Counted from the first letter of the whole stretch, positions 12,405 to 24,802 are shown. The stretch: DNA of 63,210 nucleotides, filler included, from Octopus bimaculoides (GCF_001194135.2; 6 parts of 5 records of this genome joined end to end with filler, not necessarily neighbours in it); one strand, 5' to 3'. The notes: a model not told the origin generated them from the letters alone. Made by a program: numbers and translations.

Positions 12405-12735
12405 GGGTAAAGAATCCTTCAGTCATGAATGACTATGGGATTGCACCTAGAACAGTTACTCTTTGAGGCACAAGTCTGGCCAAGATTGTTGATGGAAGAC
12501 CTGCAGTAACCCATGCATATCAGCCTCCCCTCTCCACACCACCAGTGTTATCCAAAGGAAAGGCAAAGGTTGATACAGCTTGGCACCAGTGGTGTCACAA
12601 CCCATTTCTACAGCTGAGTGAACTGGAGCAATGTGAATAAAATATCTTGCTCAAGAACACAACACACAATCCGGCCTTAGAATCCTACTCACTACCTCAT
12701 GATTGTAAGCCCGGCACTCTAATCACTGAGCAATG
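12405..12735 (-). mobile_element. tRNA-derived SINE with a head related to 14758-15012
   Basis: Minus strand has a tRNA-like head, then GTTCTTGAGCAAGATA...TTGCTCCAGTTCACTCAGCTG, shared with 14840-14890. Confidence 0.65.
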
Positions 12736-12807
12736 CGAAACTATGCTGCTGCCATATTTGTAACTGTCTCTCTGTGCACATGATTATGTGTGTCATTATA
12801 CATATAT

Positions 12808-12838
<31 letters not shown>

Positions 12839-13269
12839 CAAATAGTGAGATAGTGATGCAGCAGAATAGAGTATGAATTGATGTATGTATGTATGTATGT
12901 GTGTAGATATCTGTATATGTATGTATGCATGTGAATATCTATGAGTGTACCAATACACAAATACTAATATAAACTGATTTAGTCATTTATTGAAAATGAT
13001 GAACTTTTACCAGTTATAAATATGAATATTTTGTGTGTGAGCACACGCAATGTATGTGTTTGAAAAAATTCATATGAGTTGCATGTGCACATTTTGTATG
13101 AATTGTATGTTGGTGCTGTTATCAGTGATCTAAGACTAACACTTCTGTCCTTCTAAATTAGTCATGCATGAAATTCCAATAGTTTATGTTTCCATGCTAT
13201 GCACCTAAGAATAAATACATTGTCTTTAACAAACCAAACTTCCTGTCATGATCTCTAAATCCTATTTAT

Positions 13270-13660
13270 TTTTCTTCTCTTTATTTATCTTTTACTTGTT
13301 TCAGTCATTTGACTGTGGCCATTTCTGGGGCACTGCCTTGAAGGGTTTTAGTTGAACAAATTGACCCCCAAGCCTTTTTTTATGCCTAGCACTTATTCTT
13401 TAGGTCACTCTTGACAAACTGCTAAGTTATGGGGACGTAAACACACCAACACCAGTTGTCAAGTGGTGGTGAGGGACAAACACAGACACAAAGATACACA
13501 CACACACAACAGGCTTCTTTCAGTTTCTGTCTACAAAATCCATTCACAAGGCTTTGGTTGGCCTGAGACTATTGTAGAAGACACTTGACCTAGGTGCCAT
13601 GCAGTCGGACTGAACCTGGGACAATGTGATTGGGAAGCAAGCTTCTTACCACACAGCATT
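13270..13660 (-). mobile_element. SINE family B, near full length
   Basis: Reverse complement of 22981-23391 throughout. Confidence 0.8.
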
Positions 13661-14176
13661 TATTTTATTTTATAATTTCTTTTTTTTTATCATATGGTTT
13701 ATTTATGTAGGCCCCCTATGGAGGGTCAACCAAACCTTTAGAAAATAAATCTTCATGACAAACTTATTTTTTCTTATTTTACCTTTATTTCTTTCATTTT
13801 ATTATATCTTGTTTCTGAATTCTATCTTCTTACTCCTTTAGTACACTCAATATATGGTAATTTGAGTATTTGTAAAGAGTGACGTCAGCCAAATACATAA
13901 ATTGAAGCTGTTTGCTATTTAGAGCTGATGAGTAGTCTGATTGTTATGTTATAGCACAGTTATATTTATGGGTGTGTATACATATTTTATATGTATTTTA
14001 ATTTATATATGAGCAATGGATCTTGTAGTGTTGCTTATGCAACTAATTCAGATTATGAAACGGCTGTCAACAAATGGAATAAACATCTATTCTCTCACTT
14101 CACTACTCTTCTCTGATCCATATATCTGTCTGTCCGTCCCTCCACCAATCCGTCCATCTGTCCATCTGTCCGTCTG

Positions 14177-14212
<36 letters not shown>

Positions 14213-14282
14213 AATAAATGAATGAGGATATTCTTTGATCAAATATTGAGGCTAGAAATCAAAAGGTCTCCAAATGTTTTAA

Positions 14283-14315
<33 letters not shown>

Positions 14316-14415
14316 NNNNNNNNNNNNNNNNNNNNNNNNNNNNNNNNNNNNNNNNNNNNTTAATTAATTAANNNNNNNNNNNNNNNNNNNNNNNNNNNNN
14401 NNNNNNNNNNNNNNN
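14316..14415. other. Artificial scaffold-join spacer
   Basis: 44 N + TTAATTAATTAA + 44 N, identical at five places in the window. Confidence 0.95.
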
Positions 14416-14580
14416 GTGTTTATGTTCCCGTAACTTAGCGGTTCAGCAAAAGAGCAGGTAGAATAAGAACTCGGCTTACAAAGCGTAGGTTTTGGGGTTG
14501 ATTTCTTCGACTGAAAAAAAACCCCTTTAAGGCGGTGCTCTAGCATGGCCGTGGTCGGGGCACTAAAACAAGTAAAAAGT
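14416..14580 (+). mobile_element. 3' half of SINE family B
   Basis: CCCGTAACTTAGCGGTTCAGCAAAAGAG...GGCGGTGCTCTAGCATGGCCG...AAACAAGTAAAA. Confidence 0.8.
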
Positions 14581-14757
14581 CTATACAGCTAGTTAAGTTA
14601 ATTGAAAATAACTTCTTGACTGCATTAAGTAAAAAAAATGATATCATGCATGGACTGCCTTTGCCATTCATTCGTTGTCGGTTAATCTGCAAGCTTGATA
14701 GCTTTATCCTTCTGACTTCTTGAAGAGAATTTGAAACCATTAAACATACTTGTGTAA

Positions 14758-15012
14758 AGGTGGCGCGTGGCTAAATGGTTAGGATGTTGGATTCATGATC
14801 GTAAGATTGCGGTTTCGATTCCTGGACCAGGTGATGCGTTATGTTCTTGAGCAAAACACTTCATTTCACGTTGCTCCAGTCCACTCAGCTGGCAAAAATG
14901 AGTAATACTGCGACGGAGTGGCGTCCCGTCTAGGGGAGGAATATATACGCCATTGAAACCGAGAAACCGGCCCTTATGAGTCGGTATAACTCGAGAAGGT
15001 TATCTTTACCGT
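14758..15012 (+). mobile_element. tRNA-derived SINE, family D, with a V-domain-like core and 14-bp TSD
   Basis: A box TGGCTAAATGG and B box GTTTCGATTCC. Core CTGCGACGGAGTGGCGTCCCGTCTAGGGG. TACTTGTGTAAAGG is duplicated at 14747-14760 and 15013-15026. Confidence 0.8.
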
Positions 15013-15023
15013 TACTTGTGTAA

Positions 15024-15245
15024 AGGCGGCGAGCTGGGAGAATCGTTAGCATGCCGGGCAAACGCTTTGCTGCATTTCATCCGCTTTTACGTTCTGAGTT
15101 CAAATCTCGCCGAGATCACTTTGCCTTTCATCCTTCTGGGGTTGATAAAATGAGTACAAATTGAGCACGGCGGAGGGAAGTCGGTGTAATCGACTTACCC
15201 CCTACCCCGAAATTGCTGGCCTTGTGCTAAAACTTGTAACCATTA
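15024..15245 (+). mobile_element. Family A SINE
   Basis: AAGGCGGCGAGCTGGGAGAATCG head and ...CTTTGCCTTTCATCCT core. Confidence 0.8.
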
Positions 15246-15261
15246 ATTATATTTTTGTATA

Positions 15262-15480
15262 AGGCGGTGATCTAGTAGAATCGTTAGCGCATCGGACAAA
15301 ATGTTTGGCGGCATTTCTCCCGTCTCTTTACGTTCTAAGTTCAAATCCCGTTGCGGTCGACTTTGCCTTTCATCCTCTCGAGCTCAATAAAATAAGGTAT
15401 CAGTCAAGTACTGGGATTGATAAAATCGACTAACCCTCTTCCTCAAAATATGCTGGCCTGATGTCAAAATTTGAAAAAGT
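15262..15480 (+). mobile_element. Family A SINE (diverged)
   Basis: AAGGCGGTGATCTAGTAGAATCG head and GTCGACTTTGCCTTTCATCC core. Confidence 0.75.
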
Positions 15481-16089
15481 CAATTATAATTGGGTATGAC
15501 AAACAAATGAATACCATACTTTTAAGACACTCAAACATTATGAAAGCTTTTCTAAAGACAAATTATATATTGTTTAAGATCTACATTGTCCTTACATATT
15601 CCTTGTGGTGCACAGCTTGAAATCCACTGCATCAGGCTCATGAACTGTGGCATCTCTCACAGGAAATCCCAATCTCTCTTAAGCAAATCAAGTAAGTGAA
15701 CATAAAATGAGCATACAATACATTGACATCATCATGGATTATACACCTCAGCCTAGGGCTCTTAATCTCTCCACAGTAAAGCAAAATAAATCATCTCGAG
15801 GACAAAACGAGTGAACGATTTATCCCCTATATGGATCTGCTGGAAATATCAACCAAAGTTCATATAAAATACGTCCTGGCGTCTTAAATGAAGGACACAT
15901 TGAATAGCAACGTTATTCTATGAAAAACAACAACAAAAAAACAGAACGGACGAGATGCTCAGAGCTGAAATAACCTCTGAACACAGGCAGTCTCCATCGA
16001 GGATGTCAGGGAGTTAAAAACAGCAGCGACAACACTATAAATACACTAAACATCACAAGCTGCACGCGCACGCACACACACGCACACAC

Positions 16090-16134
<45 letters not shown>

Positions 16135-16770
16135 ATACCCGTAAGTTATCTTACAAGATGAAATAAGAATATTAAGTACGAAACGAGCCAACGTGGGAGC
16201 CCGTACACAGTCACTGGAGTGGTTAGAAAAGCAGCAAAATCTCCCTCAAATCCCACCCATATTAAAGAAAAATAGGAAAGACACATTGGACCATGTAGTC
16301 CTATATATNNNNNNNNNNNNNNNNNNNNNNNNNNNNNNNNNNNNNNNNNNNNNNNNNNNNNNNNNNNNNNNNNNNNNNNNNNNNNNNNNNNNNNNNNNNN
16401 NNNNNNNNNNNNNNNNNNNNNNNNNNNNNNNNNNNNNNNNNNNNNNNNNNNNNNNNNNNNNNNNNNNNNNNNNNNNNNNNNNNNNNNNNNNNNNNNNNNN
16501 NNNNNNNNNNNNNNNNNNNNNNNNNNNNNNNNNNNNNNNNNNNNNNNNNNNNNNNNNNNNNNNNNNNNNNNNNNNNNNNNNNNNNNNNNNNNNNNNNNNN
16601 NNNNNNNNNNNNNNNNNNNNNNNNNNNNNNNNNNNNNNNNNNNNNNNNNNNNNNNNNNNNNNNNNNNNNNNNNNNNNNNNNNNNNNNNNNNNNNNNNNNN
16701 NNNNNNNNNNNNNNNNNNNNNNNNNNNNNNNNNNNNNNNNNNNNNNNNNNNNNNNNNNNNNNNNNNNNNN

Positions 16771-17015
16771 TATATACATACGACGGGGAACAAACACAGA
16801 CACACAAACACAGACACACAAACACACATATATATATACATATACATATATACGACGGGCTTCTTTCAGTTTCCGTCTACCAAATCCATTCACAAGGCTT
16901 TGGTCGGCCCTAGGCTATACTAGAAGACACTTTCCCAAGGTGCCACGCAGTGGGACTGAACCCGGAACCATGTGGTTGGTAAGCAAGCTACTTACCGGAC
17001 AGCCACTCCTGCGCC
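16771..17015 (-). mobile_element. SINE family B, 5' half (truncated by a gap)
   Basis: Ends ...CAGCCACTCCTGCGCC, the reverse complement of the family B head. Confidence 0.85.
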
Positions 17016-17461
17016 TATATATAATGGATAGTCATGGATGGAATGCCTTTGATTATTTATGTATTTCACATAAGAGTTATTCTTCATATACATGCTTGGG
17101 CAGACTTTTCTGTGGCTGGTATTGTATATTGTTTTAGCATCAACATTACACATTACTAGCTATCAGCTTGCCTACTGACAAAATTTTTCTTGCAAGCATA
17201 AAATACACAATATTCAATGAAATTCATTCTTATTTTGTTGAAATTACTGCCCTTTTCCTTCAGGTTAACTACCATTTATGTGCCTTCGGATTTTTGTTTT
17301 CTTTCTCCATCTAAATGGTAAATTGAGAATATTTCGTGCACGGCAATTGGTGCATCACCATATACTTATAAATTTACATATATGAGTTCAGGTTACAAAT
17401 GCCTACAAGGAAGGATTAAAATATTGGAATTAATACGAGAAAGGCATCGACGATATAATTA

Positions 17462-17501
<40 letters not shown>

Positions 17502-17562
17502 CATACATAAATAAACACACTAAAACAGACACACATACTTATATATATGTATACATATATAT

Positions 17563-17628
<66 letters not shown>

Positions 17629-19153
17629 GCATGCACAAATACACGCATATATGCGTATACAATATAATCATACAAATGTTTAAAATTATTATATAATTGA
17701 TTATGTCCAGTTACAATAGTTACATACGTATATACCTACACATTATACAAATAATTAAATATACCTCATTACACATTTACACTAATACGGATGCGTGCGT
17801 GTGTGTGTATATAAATATATATATNNNNNNNNNNNNNNNNNNNNNNNNNNNNNNNNNNNNNNNNNNNNNNNNNNNNNNNNNNNNNNNNNNNNNNNNNNNN
17901 NNNNNNNNNNNNNNNNNNNNNNNNNNNNNNNNNNNNNNNNNNNNNNNNNNNNNNNNNNNNNNNNNNNNNNNNNNNNNNNNNNNNNNNNNNNNNNNNNNNN
18001 NNNNNNNNNNNNNNNNNNNNNNNNNNNNNNNNNNNNNNNNNNNNNNNNNNNNNNNNNNNNNNNNNNNNNNNNNNNNNNNNNNNNNNNNNNNNNNNNNNNN
18101 NNNNNNNNNNNNNNNNNNNNNNNACTCAGAAATCTGGATGTTTGTACATTTACAAATTTTTATTAATGTCACATATTAAATAAAGCGCTTTTCACCTAGT
18201 CGTGTAGGATTTTCAAATTGTTTTGAGAAAACTTTGCGGAGGGTCTCTTTATATAGTTTTATTGAGTGTGTAGGGGTGGAGAGAGAGATATATAGGATAG
18301 TAAGAGAGGGTGAGAAAATGTGAGAGAGAGAGAGAGAGTGTGTGTGTGTGTGAGTGTGTGTTTTTTTTGTGTTGGTGTGTGTGTCTGTGTATGTGCGTGT
18401 TTGTGTCGATGGGAAAGAGAAAAGAAGAAAATTGGGTTCATAGCCGGTTAGTTCTTTTCAATAAGTTTATTTTTAGCCTTCTAAAGGAATGGCAAAAGCA
18501 GGTGTATATATGTATATATACATACACTTCTCTTCCTACTTCTCTTCACTCCTATTCACATAATTATAAGTTCAATTATCACAATTGAAGTTAAAATTTT
18601 AATTTAAATGTTAATGGTACACTGTTTGAATTTTTCTGTAATTTTATTTAAGCTAAAATCGGAAGTTTCCGCAGTAAGATTTTTACGAAATCTTAACATC
18701 TCAACCAAACAAATGTCTTTATCTGTGAACTGATAATGAATAGAACTTGTAAATTGAATTTCTTTAACAAATACAAGTAAACTGACAATCTGTTCCTTGC
18801 AGTCACCTCTAACTTTACCTCCTCTTTTCTGAATCAATTTATCAACTCCCAATAAAATCATCCTATATAAGTAAATTCACGCACTCTGTGATAGCTTTTA
18901 TTCACAAGAGTTATGACTAAACAGCTGTCGGTCTGTTATTATACAACCGCCGTCGGCTTTACTTCGTACGCGAGAATTTAGTTTCTTCTTTGCTGAACAC
19001 TTCCCTTATGATAATAGCATTGATGACTCTGCAGACTAGTTCTTGCATAGAAGAGTCGGTGGCATTAACTGCACGATAATGTTGATGGAGGATAAGGTTG
19101 ATTTTAGTATCCTTGTGTTTTCCTTGTTTTCATGCTTGTTATATGATTTGTCA

Positions 19154-19535
19154 GTGGAGGCGCAATGGCCTAGTGGTTAGGGCAGCGGACTCGCGGTCAT
19201 AGGATCGTGGTTTCGATTCCCAGACCGGGCATTGTGAGTGTTTATTGAGCGAAAGCACCTAAAGCTCCACGAGGCTCCGGCAGGGGATGGTGGTGAGCCC
19301 TGCTGTACTCTTTCACCACAACTTTCTCTCACTCTTACTTCCTGTTTCTGTTGTGCCTGTAATTCAAAGGGTCAGCCTTGTCACACTGTGTCACGCTGAA
19401 TATCCCCGAGAACTACGTTAAGGGTACACGTGTCTGTGGAGTGCTCAGCCACTTGCACGTTAATTTCACGAGGAGGCTGTTCCGTTGATCGGATCAACTG
19501 GAACCCTCGATGTCGTAAACGACGGAGTGCCAACA
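19154..19535 (+). mobile_element. tRNA-derived SINE, family C, full length
   Basis: GTGGAGGCGCAATGGCCTAGTGGTTAGGGCAGCGGACTCGCGG...GGTTTCGATTCCC: A and B boxes in a tRNA-like head, followed by a ~300-bp body. Confidence 0.85.
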
Positions 19536-20400
19536 TATATAACATATGATTTGTCATCCGTACGTTGTTGAAACAAATGTAAACCATGGAATAAAAGTAA
19601 TAACCACAACTCTGTTCTTCACTAATAATTTATCTGCAACTGAAGGTATAACCCTCTAAATTTTCACCTTGTAATGAACTACTGCTTGTCCTTCATATAC
19701 ATCCGGATAACCGATGTTCACAGGAAAGCTACCTAAGGTAACCGCCAGGATTCCCGAATTTCGGAAAGTTATTGTCTAGATCGATCTGCATGGCATAAAA
19801 TGTATCATGGGACCTTAAAACAATTTTTGAGTTGAAGAAACAGAACAATAAAAGAATTATATCCTGCAATCAACGAACACACTGGTTCAATCCCAGGCAA
19901 AATCAAAGTCATCAACGTCTTCATTGTGACTTCATAGCAAAATCCATACCTGGGTTCACACTACATTCACGTAGCCATCACAAACAGAGGCAACTTCTTT
20001 TACTTTTAAACTTTTGTTTTAAATCCTTTCCTTCAAACACTCATACGTTTAAATTGACAGTAGCGACTACCATATATATAACGGTATCGACCAGAGACTA
20101 TCGGATATAGTTATACATCGCTAGTTACAATGCACTTCTCATTGTTTTAGCTTACTAATGACGCTATCCGTTGGTTAAGTGAGCAGGCCAACCTTCCCTC
20201 TGATCGGAAGGCTATTCCCTCACAGGGTTAACCGTTTACATGTCAGTGGGCCGGAATAAACATGAAATAAAGCATTTTGTTCAAGAGCACAAGATCTGGC
20301 GATCGTGAGGACAATACACTTACCGTTAGGCCACGCGCCTTCTGGTAACTACTGCAGTATTCTGTGTTCTAACAGAATATCCACTTTTAAGTGGGTATAT

Positions 20401-20500
20401 NNNNNNNNNNNNNNNNNNNNNNNNNNNNNNNNNNNNNNNNNNNNTTAATTAATTAANNNNNNNNNNNNNNNNNNNNNNNNNNNNNNNNNNNNNNNNNNNN
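20401..20500. other. Artificial scaffold-join spacer
   Basis: 44 N + TTAATTAATTAA + 44 N. Confidence 0.95.
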
Positions 20501-20557
<57 letters not shown>

Positions 20558-20574
20558 TACATACATACATACAT

Positions 20575-20972
20575 AAATCTGAAGTCACACTATCCAGATT
20601 GCAAGTTCAGATTTATACCTGTAATTATTGGAGCCCTGGGACATGTAACACACTGCCTAAATACCAATCACGAGAAATTAGGTTTCTCAAAGCCAGAAAG
20701 GAGAAAGCTAATTCGAAGACTACAGATCCAATCAATCACTGGAACTGTAAAAATCTGTAAAACTTTCCAGAAGTTTATTATTTAAATATATATGAGCAAG
20801 TCTATATGCAACTATATGCATGACAATAGATACATAAAACAAAACATACGAATCTGCACATATACACACATCTGCACATATACATACATACATACATACA
20901 TACATACAAAAATAGCCTGTTGTTGACGTTGAAATTCCAATGAAGGAACCTTGGATCTAGGATAGAAACCGG

Positions 20973-21003
<31 letters not shown>

Positions 21004-21036
21004 GGCAGGAAATCTTTAAATAAAACTGAACAATAA
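20575..21036 (+). mobile_element. R4/Dong-like non-LTR retrotransposon, 5'-truncated copy 1 (RLE C-terminus + 3' UTR)
   Basis: 20588-20785 encodes HYPDCKFRFIPVIIGALGHVTHCL...RRLQIQSITGTVKICKTFQKFII*. The 3' UTR ends AATAAAACTGAACAATAA and is flanked by (CATA)n. Confidence 0.85.
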
Positions 21037-21059
21037 CATGCATACATACATACACATGT

Positions 21060-22005
21060 TAGTAGAAAGCTCCGTGATGATAGTAACATCGATCATCAAA
21101 GCAGTTTATCATGGACGAATAGCCGGATTACTACTTCCCAGTTTGAAGCGAATGCGTTTGCAATCCAGGAACAGAAAATATTAACCAAGTACTTGATGCA
21201 CAAAAGGAATAGGCATGCAGAAAAAGCAGTAAAATGTGACAACCGATGCAGACTTTGTGGAGTTCATACTGAAGATATCACCCACATCATCACTAGCTGT
21301 CCGAAAATGTCATCACGGTATTAACTACCGATGCGACATGATGTTGTTGCTAGGACACTCTATAATGAAATACTTCGAAAGGAAAATCCCAAGGACAAAG
21401 AAATAAAAACCCACAATATGGTAGAAGCCATAGCCATTCACAATAAAAAGGAATACTGGTGGAATGTACCAGTGAGGACCTCAATAAAATGTAAGCACAA
21501 CAGACCTGATATAATGATTTGGGTTAGAGAAGAGAAACTGTGCGCAGTTGTGGAAATTAGCTGCCCAGCGGATGTTAACATGAAACTGAAGATCAGTGAA
21601 AAAGAGAACACCTATGCTGAACTATTGAGAAATATGCAGTTACTCTACCCAGATTAGACCCCGGGACATGTAACACACTGCCTAAATATCAATCTTCAGA
21701 AATTAGGCTTCTCAAAACCAGACAGGAGAAAGCTAATTCGAAGACTACAGATCCATCACTGGAACTGTAAAAATCTGTAAAACTTTCCAGAAGTTTATCA
21801 TTTAAATATATATGAGCATGTCTAGATATGTAACTATATGCATGAGAATACATACATAAAACATACAAATCTGCACATACATACATACATACATGCATAC
21901 ATACATACATACATATATACATGCATACATGCATGCATGCATACATACATACATACATACATACATACATACACACATACATACATACACACATACATAC
22001 AGATA
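21060..22005 (+). mobile_element. R4/Dong-like non-LTR retrotransposon, copy 2 (zinc knuckle + restriction-like endonuclease)
   Basis: FAIQEQ...CRLCGVHTEDITHIITSC (CCHC), RHDVVAR, and HNRPDIMIW...VVEISCP...EKENTY (PD-(D/E)xK RLE). Has an in-frame stop and a short deletion. Its 3' end is nearly identical to copy 1. Confidence 0.9.
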
Positions 22006-22242
22006 CAGATATGTGGAATCGAAGACGTACTTGAATTTCTTTGATAACATAAAAGTTGTATGAAATCGATAAAATTATTCTTTTAAATAGAGATATTTAT
22101 AAGACGTGAAATTTACACACCACCTGATAGTAGATTTATAATTACATGCAATATCGTCAGAGGTGCATCCTCAATGTTTGTTTGTTATAGAACAGTATTG
22201 TTTAACTGCAGAAAATGATGTATTCCAATACCTGTCTTTTAG

Positions 22243-22361
22243 GTTTCAAAGCAACAATGGCATACGAGAAATGCCTTGAGAAATTTGGCAGCACAAATCA
22301 CACAAAGAATCCTAACATCACAGCAGAAAAGGAATGTGATTTTGAAAAGCTAATGACAGAG
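22243..22361 (+). CDS. SLC6 neutral amino-acid transporter (B0AT/SLC6A15-20-like), exon encoding the end of TM7 and EL4
   Basis: TTTTAG acceptor and GAG|GTATCT donor, 119 nt. Reads (G)FKATMAYEKCLEKFGSTNHTKNPNITAEKECDFEKLMTE. Its phase-0 end joins the next exon in frame. Confidence 0.88.
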
Positions 22362-22525
22362 GTATCTTTCCTATTTCATTTTTGTAGCGATAAGCAAATG
22401 GTGATTATGATTCCCAAAATACTTATTATAATTATCAAAATTATTGCTAATTACATCACTATTTCATTTAGATTATTACAATTTTTTACTAGTATTCATT
22501 GGTTAGTATTGCCTATCTTGTTACA

Positions 22526-22880
22526 GGCGCAGGAGTGGCTGTGTGGTAAGAAGCTCACTTCACAGCCACTTGGTTCCGGGTTCAGTCCCACTGCGTGGCA
22601 CATTGGGCAAGTGTCCTCTTCTATAGTCTCGGGCTGACCGAAGCTTTATAAGGAGATTTGGAAGATGAAAACTGAAAGAAGCTCGTCGTATATATAAGTT
22701 TATGAAGTTGATATGTATATGTGTGTGTCTGTAACTTAGCGGTTCGGCATAAGAGACCAATAGAATAAATACCAGACTTAAAAAATGAAAACAAAAGTAC
22801 TGGGAACGATATCTTCGACTAAAAGTTTTCTTGGCGGTGCTTCGACATGGCTGCAGTGAAATGACTAACACAACAAAAAG
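22526..22880 (+). mobile_element. SINE family B (intronic)
   Basis: GGCGCAGGAGTGGCTGTGTGGTAAG head; colinear with 22981-23391. Confidence 0.85.
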
Positions 22881-22980
22881 AAATATTTGATGGGATTACT
22901 TGTGCCAAAAGATTTTATTCCATTTAAAACTTGCAATAAATACATCACAACTCACATAGCAGGCTAGAAAATTTCGATTG

Positions 22981-23391
22981 GGCGCAGGAGTGGCTGTGTG
23001 GTAAGTAGCTTGCTTATCAACCACATAGTTCCGGGTTCAGTCCCACTGCGTGGCACCTTGGGCAAGTGTCTTCTGCTATAGACTCGGGCCAACCAAAGCC
23101 TTGTGAGTAGATTTCGTAGACGGAAACTGAAAGAAGCCTGTCGTATATATGTATATATATATGTGTGCGTGCGTGTGTGTGTCTGTGTTTGTCCCTCCAA
23201 CATCGCTTGACAACCGATGGTGATGTGTTTACGTCCCCGTAACTTAGCAGTTCAGCAAAAGAGACCGATAGAATAAGTACTAGGCTTACAAAGAATAAGT
23301 CCTGGGGTAGATTTGCTTGACTAAAGGCGGTGCTCCAGCATGGCCGCAGTCAAATGACTGAAACAAGTAAAAGAGTAAAAGAGTAAAAGAG
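22981..23391 (+). mobile_element. SINE family B, full length, (GAGTAAAA)n tail (intronic)
   Basis: tRNA-like head with a B-box-like GGTTCAGTCCC, an internal (TA)/(TG) tract, a conserved body and a tandem tail. Confidence 0.9.
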
Positions 23392-23399
23392 ATACCGGT

Positions 23400-23770
23400 G
23401 AGGAAGGTTTCATTCTTATCGTCAGTAGCTGCTCCAAAATACCTGCATGATACCACATTTCCATGAGACATGACAATGTCGCTAAAACTGTCTACTGTGC
23501 TATACGCAGGAAGGATTGCCCCGGTCGGTCATGCCAGAGGTACACCAGAAGCAAAATGCAGCCATATCTTTAAAAATAAAAGATACAGGTGGAACATTCC
23601 TGTTGTCTTGTGTAAATGCTATAAATACTTTTCTATAAGACAGGGAGCAAATGTCATGCACTGCTATGTGGATCAAGTGCCTGCTGGGTGTAAATGTCAC
23701 GTCAAAAATCGGAGAAAAGAACATCTCATGAGAAACCTACAGCTGTTATATCCAGACTATAGATTTGCAT
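23400..23770 (+). mobile_element. Older, decayed R4-like fragment (copy 3, intronic)
   Basis: Frameshifted pieces MRHDNVAKTVY, YRWNIPV and LMRNLQLLYPDYRF align with copy 2's MRHDVVARTLY, YWWNVPV and LLRNMQLLYPD. Confidence 0.75.
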
Positions 23771-23865
23771 AAAAGCAAATAAGAAAGAGATGCTGGGTCT
23801 TCTCCAAAAGAGCAGAACACATACATATGTGTGTATGTGTGCGCGCGTGCACCAATCAATTCCGA

Positions 23866-23867
23866 TA

Positions 23868-23938
<71 letters not shown>
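23866..23938. repeat. (TAC)n microsatellite
   Basis: Pure run of about 24 units. Confidence 0.95.
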
Positions 23939-23941
<3 letters not shown>

Positions 23942-24600
23942 CTGGTAATAGTTTCCCATTTTGGCAAAAATGTTACACAAATATATGGGCTATATATATA
24001 TGTGATTACATTACTCTCTTCACCTGAATGTTGAAAAGATGTAATCATGAAGGCTGAGATTGAATAATTTGAGGTACACTCCGGCTCATTTAATCAACCA
24101 AGATTAAGAGAGAGATATTTTAAATACATATGAAAGCCTCATTCTCCTTAGTAAATCTTATGATTTCATCTCTATCAGTATGTGTATGTAAGCTCGTATA
24201 TTTACATTCAAATACTCGATTCATCGAGTGAGCCTGTATATATTCACTCAATCTGTTATAAATAGCATGTAGCTAAACCTTCCATAAATAATGTTGCGCT
24301 GCCTTCGTTTTTTAGTTTGTCACTCATATATGCCTAGATATTTAGAATAAAATCGGTCGCTGAACGATTTACCTTTTCCTAGCTGCATAAGTATTTCTAA
24401 TTATGTAATAGGGACCATCATAAATAGTTTCTAATAAAGAAAGCAGACGAAATGATTATGACGTTTTCTAAACTTAGATCACATGTCTCCTTCACACAGT
24501 TGTCATTTAGCTAAACAACATCAGCATTGACTACATATAATTACACACGCATATATATGTATATGTTAAACTAATTATTTCTTTACGCTTCATATTTCAG

Positions 24601-24802
24601 TCAGCCTCTGGGACCGGACTAGCATTCATTGCCTTCACAGAAGCAATTGATCAGTTTCCTGTTGCCCCATTGTGGGCCGTTCTCTTCTTTCTCATGTTGC
24701 TCACACTTGGACTGGACACAATGTTTGGTACTCTTGAAGGTGCCATTACATCTATAAATGATATGTTATTGTTTCCTGCAATCAGAAAAGAAGTTGTTTG
24801 TG
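24601..24802 (+). CDS. SLC6 neutral amino-acid transporter, exon encoding the EL4 end, TM8 and the IL4 start
   Basis: TTTCAG acceptor and G|GTAAGT donor, 202 nt. Reads [67 protein letters not shown](G), the SLC6 G.GLAF..F.EA...W..LFF.ML..LG.D..FG..E signature. Confidence 0.96.

Noticed and set aside
18604-19130. Protein-like minus-strand frames (MILLGVDKLIQKRGG...; NLILHQHYRAVNATD...)
   Set aside because: Stop-interrupted, with no recognisable motif or splice structure. It may be TE debris, but I cannot support a call.
19154-19230. Bona fide tRNA gene
   Set aside because: The acceptor stem does not close and a SINE body follows; the same applies to the heads at 14758, 22981 and 62315-62383.
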